Shown here in pieces: positions 16,905-24,791 of a stretch of 32,426 nucleotides of DNA. Source of the stretch: an uncultured delta proteobacterium (GTDB taxonomy: Bacteria; Desulfobacterota; Syntrophobacteria; BM002); contig CAVQGX010000062.1 in assembly GCA_963712115.1 (NCBI GenBank), forward strand, positions 1-32,426, given 5' to 3'. Under the pieces are notes generated by a model. It ran no database searches. It had not been told where the DNA came from and saw only the letters and a list, made by a program, of their open reading frames with translations. Made by a program: the position numbers and the translations under genes. The number at the start of each line of letters is the position of its first letter. Position 1 is the stretch's first letter.

Positions 16905-18635
16905 AATCCCTAACTCTCCCTCCAGTTTGGCAAGGTTTTCCCGAGCAAAGTCTATTGTGGGATCCATCTCGAGGGCTATCCGATAAAGGCGGATTGCTTC
17001 TTTTTTGTGGCCCATCTCTCTCAGATTAGAACCGATATTGGCATAGTCAATGGCAGAACCTGGGTCTATCTCTAGAGCTTTTTCGAACTGTTCGATAGAT
17101 TGCTCATGCTTTTTGAGTTTGAAATAGCAAAAGCCCAAGACATTGTAAATTTCCTTAAGGTTAGGATCAAACTCACTCGCTCGTTCCAGAGCTTTGATGG
17201 CACCCTCATAATCCCCCATATCTTTGAAACAGACCCCTATATGGGTGTGCACACTGGCTATATCTAGGTGACGGGGACTTAAGTCCAAAGCTCTCTTAAA
17301 TTCTTCCAGTGCTTCCCTGGCTTTTCCTCGGTACTCAAGAACCAATCCCAGGAAGAAGTGCAGGTCGTAACGGCTGGGAAACAATTCAAGCAACCTTTGT
17401 ATTGCAGCGAGCGCCTGGGGACCGTCAATAGTCTGGCTGATTATCTTGGCAGCATGAAAGACGACACTGGTTTCTCTGGTACGATCTCGAAAATGGGCAC
17501 CCGGTATTATGGTATAGACAGACGGGATATCCAACTGTGGGTGAGTTACGTCTACGACCAGAACTTCCATGCCAAGACGGGAGAGTTTAGAGACACACCG
17601 CTCAATTTCAGTCTTGAAGTTGTTGTCGCTGAGATCGGGCAGACTTTTGATGGAAACCACAGGGGCCGAGGCCATTAAATACTCGGCTTCTTCCAGGCTC
17701 TTGTATTTGGGTAGGGTCGGCCGATAACTGGTGCGAAGCTCAAAATCTCCTGCCAGTTGAGCTATTTCTGTGAGGGCACGAACAAGAGATTTTTCTGCAT
17801 TGGGTGCAGTACCAGCTGTAAAGACGATCTCACTTCTTTCGGGAAAAGTGCTGGGATCCCAGGCCAGCGCACCCACTGTGGGAATGCCAGTGTCCAAAGA
17901 GAAGTCTTTTATAAAAACTTGGATGGACTGTGCTGCAAATTTGTCAAGGAGTTCCCTCGCTGCTGGATCTTGGACACTAGATGGATCGATACTGGGGGTA
18001 ATCAGCCGTTCGTTGCTGATCACCGAAGAGACGTGGCGCTCAACTACCTCACAGAGGCTCTGCAGGATAGCTTCCTCCAGCACGTTGCCTGCAGCAGGGC
18101 CGTTGTACTCGTTGATAGTGTAGAACCAATCGATAGGAATCAATACCTCTGTATTACGGGTGAGGTTGCAGGCCCGAGTCCAGCGAAAAGGCAGTTCTCT
18201 GAGGGCATAAGTGCCCAACTTAGGATCGGTTTCGCTGTCGTAGAGGGACTGCCAGAGCATTTCCATTGGCAGGGTGTTGCCGTCTAGTTCTGCGTAGGTT
18301 GCTGTGGGAAAAACCGTGTTTTTGATAAAGGAAAAGAAGCTGAAGCGCTCAGCAAGCTCCATTAAAGCACTAGCTTCCGCTTGGATCAGCGTACCTCCTT
18401 TGCCCATCTGCTTCTTGGTGCCCGTGAGAGGAACCACGTCTGTGCCGCAGAGGCTTATGTAAACGGGGATATCCAATCGACCGGTGTCGATGCGCATTGT
18501 TTGGTGCAAAATGTCCATATCCACGCTGGCGAACCTCTGCCGCACATGGGCCACCGTTTCTTCTGGGGTTCGCACTTTGTCCTGATCGTAAGTATAGGAT
18601 TTGAGCGCATCTTTTAGTTGAAAACAGCCACCCAT
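16893..18635 (-). CDS. YcaO-family protein fused to C-terminal TPRs
   Basis: GKG, MELAERF, NGPAAGNVLEEAILQSLCEVVERH, RALTEIAQ; about 4 TPRs after residue ~425; GAAAGGA RBS (TTG at 18638 is an alternative start). Confidence 0.9.
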   Translation of the reverse strand: MGGCFQLKDALKSYTYDQDKVRTPEETVAHVRQRFASVDMDILHQTMRIDTGRLDIPVYISLCGTDVVPLTGTKKQMGKGGTLIQAEASALMELAERFSFFSFIKNTVFPTATYAELDGNTLPMEMLWQSLYDSETDPKLGTYALRELPFRWTRACNLTRNTEVLIPIDWFYTINEYNGPAAGNVLEEAILQSLCEVVERHVSSVISNERLITPSIDPSSVQDPAARELLDKFAAQSIQVFIKDFSLDTGIPTVGALAWDPSTFPERSEIVFTAGTAPNAEKSLVRALTEIAQLAGDFELRTSYRPTLPKYKSLEEAEYLMASAPVVSIKSLPDLSDNNFKTEIERCVSKLSRLGMEVLVVDVTHPQLDIPSVYTIIPGAHFRDRTRETSVVFHAAKIISQTIDGPQALAAIQRLLELFPSRYDLHFFLGLVLEYRGKAREALEEFKRALDLSPRHLDIASVHTHIGVCFKDMGDYEGAIKALERASEFDPNLKEIYNVLGFCYFKLKKHEQSIEQFEKALEIDPGSAIDYANIGSNLREMGHKKEAIRLYRIALEMDPTIDFARENLAKLEGELGIGHS

Positions 18636-18682
18636 CAATTTCCTTTCATATTCCTTTCATAGTGGAAGCGTAGGATTATTGG

Positions 18683-18711
18683 TTTATAGGGCAACACCGG
18701 CATGATGTCAA
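18683..18711 (-). promoter_or_regulatory. Sigma70 promoter of ycaO-TPR
   Basis: Minus strand TTGACA-17 bp-TATAAA. Confidence 0.7.
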
Positions 18712-18826
18712 GCAGAGGGGGGCGAGTTAGATCATAACTTATGTGATCGCAACTGGGAGGTTACTCCTATATGACATGTATCAATTAACATGATTCCTGT
18801 AAGAGCGAGCTTTGCTTGCGATTTGG

Positions 18827-18920
18827 CTTCTGACCTCTGATCTCTGACCTCTGACTTCTGGACCCTACGACTTCGACGACTTCAACGAATCAACTAATTC
18901 TCTAATCAACTAATCAACGA
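18827..18920. repeat. Consecutive period-7, period-9 and period-8 arrays
   Basis: CTTCTGA CCTCTGA TCTCTGA CCTCTGA CTTCTGG; ACGACTTCG ACGACTTCA; ACTAATTC TCTAATCA ACTAATCA. Confidence 0.8.
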
Positions 18921-18936
18921 CGCTGTCTGGTAAACC

Positions 18937-19812
18937 CTATGATTTTGCTCTCTTGATGACTCGAAGAAGGCTAGTTGCCCCTTTTCCCCTGAAACGAGAG
19001 GGCAATCCTTTAACCCTTAACAGATCGTGCTTGTTTTCCGGTATCTCGCTCGCCAGCCGCACCATGAATTCGTTGTTCATTATTCGAAAGGGAGCTTTAT
19101 TAGTCTTGCGGGCTAAATGCTCCCGATAGGTAGACAGCTCTTTAAGAACTCGTGAGGAACTTTGAGACAATTTCTGGGCACCTCTTAACCGAAGGTAACC
19201 ATCTGGATCCCACTCTCTTGGAGGTTTAACCCGAATCCTTTCCAGTCGAGCAAAATCCTGCTTTGCCTGGTGCCAAAGATTACTCTCTATTAGCTGGCTG
19301 TGGAGTTGGTTCCTGAGCTTTATTAGAAAACGCGTGTCCTGCTGAGCGTAATAGAGTTGCTCTGGGTTCAAAGGACGCTTTTCCCAGTTGCAGCGCTGAT
19401 ATTTCTTGTTCATGGTAATGCCAAAATCCTCTGAGAGAATCCTAGCAAGTCCCAATCTTCTGCGGCCAAGAATCCGACAGGCTACGGAGGTGTCGAATAT
19501 ATTCATTACCTGGAAGCGATAGTCCCTTTTGAAACCAATAAGGTCGTTTTCAGCAGCATGGATAATCTTCTCTACAGAAGAGTCTGAGAGAATGCGACCA
19601 AGGCCAGTAAGGTCTTTCAAAGTCAGAGGATCAAGGATGAAATCTTTGTTGTTTGCGGAAATCTGGATGAGGCAGATACGCGGCCTGTAGGCAAAATAGC
19701 TATTTGACTCTGAGTCCACAGCCAAATGCTTTGCGTGGCTGATCTGTTCGATAAACCTGCCAAAGTCACGCTGAGTCGCAATCAGTTTCGGAGGATTCAT
19801 GGACGCTTTCAT
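18937..19812 (-). CDS. rnd: Ribonuclease D-like 3'-5' exonuclease with HRDC domain
   Basis: VDSES, CLIQIS, HAAEND, FDT, YAQQD (DEDDy); HRDC APFRIMNN; AGGAGA RBS. Confidence 0.85.
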   Translation of the reverse strand: MKASMNPPKLIATQRDFGRFIEQISHAKHLAVDSESNSYFAYRPRICLIQISANNKDFILDPLTLKDLTGLGRILSDSSVEKIIHAAENDLIGFKRDYRFQVMNIFDTSVACRILGRRRLGLARILSEDFGITMNKKYQRCNWEKRPLNPEQLYYAQQDTRFLIKLRNQLHSQLIESNLWHQAKQDFARLERIRVKPPREWDPDGYLRLRGAQKLSQSSSRVLKELSTYREHLARKTNKAPFRIMNNEFMVRLASEIPENKHDLLRVKGLPSRFRGKGATSLLRVIKRAKS

Positions 19813-19860
19813 AACACATTCTCCTATGCTATAAAAGAACTATATTTGTGCGAGTTCACA

Positions 19861-20595
19861 ATGAAAAAAAGACGTAAAAAGAAAAGTTCTGCAGCCTCGA
19901 GCCCGGTATCCAATGAGAGCTTCAATGCTCCCTTTGCTGGACTGGATGAAATGCTTAAGCAGACAGAAGTTCAACCGTTAGCAGTAAGTGAAGAAGCTGA
20001 ACCAGAGAGAGTAAGGGCTGGAGAAGAAGATAATTTGTTTCGAGAGGCTATGGCTGGTGTAGAGACTCTTGACTGCAACAGAGTGGAACCGAGAGAGCCT
20101 GGCCCCCTGGCCAAACCCAGCCGACGGCCAATGTTGGAGGAAGAGTTGGAGGCCTATGCTCAGCTGGTTGACCTAGTTAGCGGTGATGGCAGTTTTGATA
20201 TTCAATATACGGACGAATATATCGAGGGCGCGATTGTAGGGGCTGACCCTGAACTACTGACTAAGTTGCGATGCGGCGATTTCTCCATTCAGACTCATTA
20301 TGATCTCCACGGTATGACGGCAGCCGAGGCCAGGGAGGCTGTGGAACGGTTCATCCTTTCCAGTGTGGTCAAAGGGCTCAGATGCGTTCTGATCATCCAC
20401 GGCCGGGGACTCAATTCGCAGGATCAGATGCCGGTTCTCAAAGAACGCATGTCAAGCTGGCTCAAGCGTGGTCGCTTGAAGCGTTTGGTTCTCGCATTTG
20501 CCACGGCGCAACCCTGTGACGGCGGCGCCGGGGCTATGTATTTGCTTTTGCGTAAACGTTTACCGATGGAAGCCGGTAACGCAAAAAAGGGTTAA
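19861..20595 (+). CDS. Smr-domain protein
   Basis: DLHGMT, IIHGRG, DGGAGAMY. ATG at 19861 avoids overlap with the divergent rnd; TGcTATAAA at 19827-19835. Confidence 0.88.
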   Translation: MKKRRKKKSSAASSPVSNESFNAPFAGLDEMLKQTEVQPLAVSEEAEPERVRAGEEDNLFREAMAGVETLDCNRVEPREPGPLAKPSRRPMLEEELEAYAQLVDLVSGDGSFDIQYTDEYIEGAIVGADPELLTKLRCGDFSIQTHYDLHGMTAAEAREAVERFILSSVVKGLRCVLIIHGRGLNSQDQMPVLKERMSSWLKRGRLKRLVLAFATAQPCDGGAGAMYLLLRKRLPMEAGNAKKG

Positions 20596-20619
20596 ACCAA
20601 AAGGCACGAAGGAGGCTAA

Positions 20620-20950
20620 GCGCAGGGAGCATAGCGCTCTCCGCTGCGAGACGAGATGTCGGGCGAGACGGGGATTGAAACGCGGAAGTCGGAACGCGGA
20701 ACGTGGAATTCTTTGGTGCGCTGATGGCCAACGGGCTAAACCGCCAAAACTGGCTCAACAGTCTAAACAGGCGAGAGGCATCGGGCACCAGCGCTTCGCT
20801 CCTGTAAAGCTTCGCGTCATTAGGCTTCGCCGTCATTAGGTCAATACGCTTCGCTGTCATTTGTTGTAATAGGTAGGTCGGAGGTCAGGGGTAAAGCTGA
20901 TCTCTGATCTCCGACTTCTGACCTCTGTGATGGACGACTTGAACGATTTG
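20620..20950. repeat. Mosaic of about 8 repeat modules, including the left copy of the 159-bp inverted repeat (20782-20940)
   Basis: Modules match elements at 25-122, 10553, 18827, 23200-23457 and 27437. Confidence 0.88.
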
Positions 20951-20979
20951 AGCAACGGACCTTGAATGAGGAGATCACC

Positions 20980-21606
20980 ATGATCAATAAGTTAGTTAAA
21001 AATTTGACCTGGCTCGGTCACGACGGTTACCGTATCGAAGGGGATCTAGTGATTTACTTTGATCCTTACGAAATAGAAGGGGGAAAGCCCGCTGACCTCA
21101 TTTTTATAACTCATGAGCATTTCGATCATTGCTCACCGGCCGATGTGACCAAGATCAAGAAAGATGACACGGTCATTGTCACAGATGTGGCCTCAGCTAA
21201 AAAGCTCAAGGGTGACATCAAGACTATGAGGCCCGGAGACCACTTGAATGTGAAGGGTGTTGAGATACAGGCAGTCCCGGCCTACAACTTAAACAAGCAA
21301 TTCCATCCAAAAAACGCAGATATGCTCGGGTTTGTTGTAAACATAGGTGGGGTAAGGCTCTATCATGCAGGTGATACCGATTTCATCCCGGAGATGAAAG
21401 AGGTCGACACGGATATTGCTCTGCTGCCGGTATCCGGCACCTATGTGATGACCGCTGACGAGGCGATTCAAGCGGCAGAGGCAATAAATCCCAAGGTCGC
21501 AATACCCATGCACTATGGTGCCATCGTGGGGGATAAAAGCGATGCAGCACATTTCCGAGATCAACTGGCTGGCAAGATCGAGGTGGTCATTCTGGAGAAA
21601 GAGTAG
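20980..21606 (+). CDS. Metallo-beta-lactamase-fold hydrolase (Lactamase_B_3-like)
   Basis: WLGH, DPY, THEHFDH, YHAGDT, IPMHY; GAGGAG RBS. Confidence 0.9.
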   Translation: MINKLVKNLTWLGHDGYRIEGDLVIYFDPYEIEGGKPADLIFITHEHFDHCSPADVTKIKKDDTVIVTDVASAKKLKGDIKTMRPGDHLNVKGVEIQAVPAYNLNKQFHPKNADMLGFVVNIGGVRLYHAGDTDFIPEMKEVDTDIALLPVSGTYVMTADEAIQAAEAINPKVAIPMHYGAIVGDKSDAAHFRDQLAGKIEVVILEKE

Positions 21607-21672
21607 CTGGCCCAGCAATTGAAGAATAGGCTTGTTGAACCACGGAGGTTACAGAGGACGGGAAGAACATTA

Positions 21673-21739
21673 AGGTTTCAGTGTTCAGGTGTCAGGTTTT
21701 ACACTCTATTTTTCTCTTTCCTGACACCTGAAACCCTGA
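21673..21739. repeat. Period-7 hairpin (TTCAGGT family), second copy
   Basis: AGGTTTC AGTGTTC AGGTGTC AGG ... CCTGACA CCTGAAA CCCTGA. Confidence 0.8.
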
Positions 21740-21792
21740 GATGTGGTGCTTGGAGTCTGGAATTTAATTTGAATGGATGAGGGTGATATCTA

Positions 21793-22041
21793 GTGGAAAA
21801 TCCGAGCTTTTATTTTTGGATAGGTTTGGCTCTAGGAATCGTTGCCGGGATAGTAGGAACATTGATCTATGGAAAAATTCGAGGCTTTTTTGCTAAATCG
21901 GAAGTTGCTAAATTGCGGCAAGAAAATCGAACACTAAAACAACGGTTAGAGAAAAAGGACAAGCATATCCAAGAGATGATGTATCATACCGAAAAAATCG
22001 CCGCGGGTCTGGCTGATCAAGCAGACAGGAAGAAAGATTAA
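21793..22041 (+). CDS. Small hypothetical protein (one TM helix plus coiled coil)
   Basis: Hydrophobic N-terminus, heptad-like C-terminus; GAGGG upstream of GTG. Confidence 0.7.
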   Translation: MENPSFYFWIGLALGIVAGIVGTLIYGKIRGFFAKSEVAKLRQENRTLKQRLEKKDKHIQEMMYHTEKIAAGLADQADRKKD

Positions 22042-22061
22042 ACTCATCCTTCCCCTTCTCC

Positions 22062-23084
22062 TTAGCTCTCAACGCTCTTATTAAACTGCCGAACTACAAA
22101 GCGACCGAGATTAGAAACCTCCGCCTTAGTGAGGTGAGCATCTAGATTGCCCAGGGGAATCTCAGCGCGGGCCATGGCCCGGTGACCACCGGCACTTCCC
22201 AGTTTGCCAAAGGCTTTAATCGCCCAGGTCCCAGCGTTTTTTCTGAACCCATCGTTGCGGATAACCACCACCAGGTTTTTGTTGTAAACACCCGAGACTA
22301 TTGTCCAGCCCACTTCGTGACATCTCATGAAAAAATCTGCAACCAGGACGAGGATATCTGCCGATTGAACATTGTCGAGGTGGGAGAAGACCTTGCCTTT
22401 TATGATCCGCTTGCTTTCCAAAGCCTGCTGGAAGTATCTGAGATCTCTGACCCCCATATCGGCCATCTCTATTTTCCGCAGCAAGTTCATATTGGCGAGG
22501 GGGAAGAGGTATCGAAAGGCTTTCACATCCTCTTCCAATGCTTGTAGCTCAAAATTGTGCGTGTCCACACGGATGGCGTAGAGAAGAGCGGTGGCTAGAC
22601 TCTTGGAAGGGCGAATTTTAGCTGAGCGCAAATATTCGGTCATCATAGTCGCGGTTGCGCCGTAGTTGGGTCGAATGTCCACAAAGTCCGCTTCTACTGC
22701 CATGGTAATGGGATGATGATCTATGACAGCATGGTAATTAAAATCGCCGAAGGCCTCGTGGTGGTGAGGTTGACCATCAACGAGGAGGGTTTTGGAAAAA
22801 TCCTTGGAATCAACCTGTTGAAGTTTAACCAGGGGGATTTTTAATAGGCGGACCATGGTGGAGTTGTCGAAGCGAACAATTTCATTGAAGTGAGCAATGG
22901 TAACTGATTGGACTTTGTGCCAGAGTAGCCGCTTGAGGGCAATGGCCGATGCCATGGCGTCCGGATCGGCATCAATGGTGATCAGGACACGGTCTTTTGA
23001 CTCGAAGAGGCTGAAGAGCTTGTTGAGGTTTTCGCTGATAGATCGAGGTCTTGCGGAGCGGAGTCGCGAGCTGCTAGAGGCCAT
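22062..23084 (-). CDS. DHH/DHHA1 phosphoesterase (NrnA-like)
   Basis: DADPDAMAS, VD, IDHHP, DT, AGGH. Confidence 0.88.
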   Translation of the reverse strand: MASSSSRLRSARPRSISENLNKLFSLFESKDRVLITIDADPDAMASAIALKRLLWHKVQSVTIAHFNEIVRFDNSTMVRLLKIPLVKLQQVDSKDFSKTLLVDGQPHHHEAFGDFNYHAVIDHHPITMAVEADFVDIRPNYGATATMMTEYLRSAKIRPSKSLATALLYAIRVDTHNFELQALEEDVKAFRYLFPLANMNLLRKIEMADMGVRDLRYFQQALESKRIIKGKVFSHLDNVQSADILVLVADFFMRCHEVGWTIVSGVYNKNLVVVIRNDGFRKNAGTWAIKAFGKLGSAGGHRAMARAEIPLGNLDAHLTKAEVSNLGRFVVRQFNKSVES

Positions 23085-23112
23085 GTCGTAGTCTCTTTAC
23101 TTTTTTTTGCTA

Positions 23113-23142
23113 AAGATATCCACAGTTTGGCTATTTTGTCAA
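23113..23142 (-). promoter_or_regulatory. Possible sigma70 promoter of the DHH gene
   Basis: Minus strand TTGACA-18 bp-TATCTT. Confidence 0.45.
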
Positions 23143-23199
23143 CAACTGTTCAACAGTGCCACAAGCTACGGCCCAGGTCAAGCTCATTTTTCATTTATT

Positions 23200-23457
23200 A
23201 GCATGGAGCACGGAGCATAGAGCATGGAGCATGGCGTCAGATGGTGCAAATCGTTCAAATCGTTGAAACCGTTAAAGTCGTCCATCACAGAGGTCAGAAG
23301 TCGGAGATCAGAGATCAGCTTTACCCCTGACCTCCGACCTACCTATTACAACAAATGACAGCGAAGCGTATTGACCTAATGACGGCGAAGCCTAATGACG
23401 CGAAGCTTTACAGGAGCGAAGCGCTGGTGCCCGGTGCCTAGTCCCTAGTGTCTAGTT
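23200..23457. repeat. Repeat mosaic including the right copy of the 159-bp inverted repeat (23275-23433)
   Basis: GCATGGA-type x5; period-9 AAATCGTTC array; exact reverse complement of 20782-20940; GTGCCTA array. Confidence 0.9.
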
Positions 23458-23490
23458 GAAGCCGAGGCCTGCTGCAGGGACCGTTACATG

Positions 23491-23519
23491 TTGACTCTGC
23501 AATGCCCATTTGCTATGTT
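23491..23519 (+). promoter_or_regulatory. Sigma70 promoter of xerD
   Basis: TTGACT-17 bp-TATGTT with TGn extension. Confidence 0.6.
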
Positions 23520-23598
23520 CTCGACGATTTTAGGAAAAATAGAATTATGTGAGGTTAAACAGAAATTCTCTTCGAATGAAAAATGTGAAATACGGAAC

Positions 23599-23731
23599 TT
23601 GGGCCCCGACCAACAGGTCGGGGACTGAGCCTCCGGCCCGTAGGGCCTACGCCCCGGAGGGCGGAGCGAAGTGAGCGCGAAGTCACTGGGAACCCGCTTG
23701 CGGGCCTGAGCGGAGCGAAGCGAGCGCGAAG
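23599..23731. repeat. Tandem REP-like hairpin units, the first carrying a 32-bp nested hairpin
   Basis: Hairpin + CTGAGCGGAGCGAAGYGAGCGCGAAG occurs twice; the first is interrupted at 23630-23661. Confidence 0.7.
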
Positions 23732-23740
23732 AAATAACAA

Positions 23741-24634
23741 ATGACCATGGAGACCCATCTTGATCTTTATTTAGACTATCTCACAGTTGAAAGAGGGCTT
23801 GCCCCTAATACTAGAGCCTCTTACAGTGCTGATTTGCTAAAATTTCTGACTTACCTTAAAGATCGTGAGATAAGTGACTGGAGTCAGGTTGGTTACTCCG
23901 AGGTCATGGGTTTCCTCTCTCAGTCTCAGGAACAGGGCTTGGCGCCTAGAAGTAGGGCAAGACTGCTTTCGGCGCTCCGTGGCTTTTTTAAATTTATGGT
24001 GCGAGAGAGCCACCTCAGGGAAAGTCCGGTGGCAAACTTAACCTCCCCTCGCCTCCGGCGCCAGCTTCCTTCTGTGTTGAGTGTCGCAGAAGTAGAGCGA
24101 CTTTTGGCCCGACCTAATCCTAAGCTGACGCTGGGCCAAAGAGACGCTGCCATGTTAGAGCTTCTCTATGGAACCGGACTACGAGTTTCAGAGTTGGTCA
24201 CCCTTACTTTGGGGCGAGTCAACCTTGAGGTAGGTTTTCTAGTTGTACTGGGAAAAGGATCCAAAGAGCGCATTGTGCCAGTAGGGGAGGCTGCTACGGA
24301 AGCGGTGCGACGCTATCTGTTGGAGTCCCGCCCTCGCTTGTTAAAAGGGAGGATGACCGAGACCCTCTTTGTCACTAATCGAGGAGCGGCAATGACCAGG
24401 CAGGGCTTTTGGAAATTAATCAAAAAATATGGGCGTGAAGCTGGACTCAAGCAAGAGCTAACCCCGCATAGCCTGCGGCACTCCTTTGCCACCCACCTCC
24501 TTGAGCGCGGGGCCGACTTGCGTTCAGTACAGATGATGCTTGGGCATGCTGACATTAGCACCACTCAGATTTATACTCATGTGGCCAGGGAGAGACTGAG
24601 AGAGGTTCATAAGAAGTACCACCCGCGGGCCTAA
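23741..24634 (+). CDS. xerD: Site-specific tyrosine recombinase XerD
   Basis: GLRVSE, GKGSKER, TRQGFW, HSLRHSFATH, LGH, TQIYTH; context upstream of scpAB. Confidence 0.93.
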   Translation: MTMETHLDLYLDYLTVERGLAPNTRASYSADLLKFLTYLKDREISDWSQVGYSEVMGFLSQSQEQGLAPRSRARLLSALRGFFKFMVRESHLRESPVANLTSPRLRRQLPSVLSVAEVERLLARPNPKLTLGQRDAAMLELLYGTGLRVSELVTLTLGRVNLEVGFLVVLGKGSKERIVPVGEAATEAVRRYLLESRPRLLKGRMTETLFVTNRGAAMTRQGFWKLIKKYGREAGLKQELTPHSLRHSFATHLLERGADLRSVQMMLGHADISTTQIYTHVARERLREVHKKYHPRA

Positions 24635-24639
24635 AGACT

Positions 24640-24726
24640 GACGCGGCGATAGGGAGACCCGGAGAGACGGCGACTGTACTGAGTTATTTTCTTCTCCGCG
24701 TCTCCGTGTCACCGTCTCACCGTTTC
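24640..24726. repeat. Period-8 inverted-arm hairpin
   Basis: GACGCGGC GATAGGGA GACCCGGA GAGACGGC ... TCTCCGCG TCTCCGTG TCACCGTC TCACCGTT. Confidence 0.78.
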
Positions 24727-24744
24727 TTTCCGCTCAGAAACGAG

Positions 24745-24753
24745 TGGTAGAAT
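24745..24753 (+). promoter_or_regulatory. Extended -10 element
   Basis: TGgTAGAAT, 38 nt before the TTG start. Confidence 0.4.
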
Positions 24754-24791
24754 TTTTGAGGTAGAACTGGCTAAGGGTGCTAGGTTACTAA

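Noticed and set aside
10734-18635. RiPP cluster with the Cys-rich peptides as YcaO substrates
   Set aside because: The peptides are about 4-6 kb away on the opposite strand and have CxxC metal-binding spacing; no leader, protease, dehydrogenase or ABC exporter is linked.
20498-20860. ORFs 20498-20839 and 20534-20860 (also 23555-23758, 16646-16843, 28190-28447, 12038-12466)
   Set aside because: They are translations of repeat mosaics or overlap real genes, with no RBS or recognisable domain.
23529-23556. dif site near xerD (TTATGTGAGGT)
   Set aside because: Only TTATGT matches the XerD arm, and the XerC arm lacks the ATAA core.
23741-24634. Prophage or island integrase
   Set aside because: Sequence and scpAB context match housekeeping XerD; no phage genes or att sites were seen.
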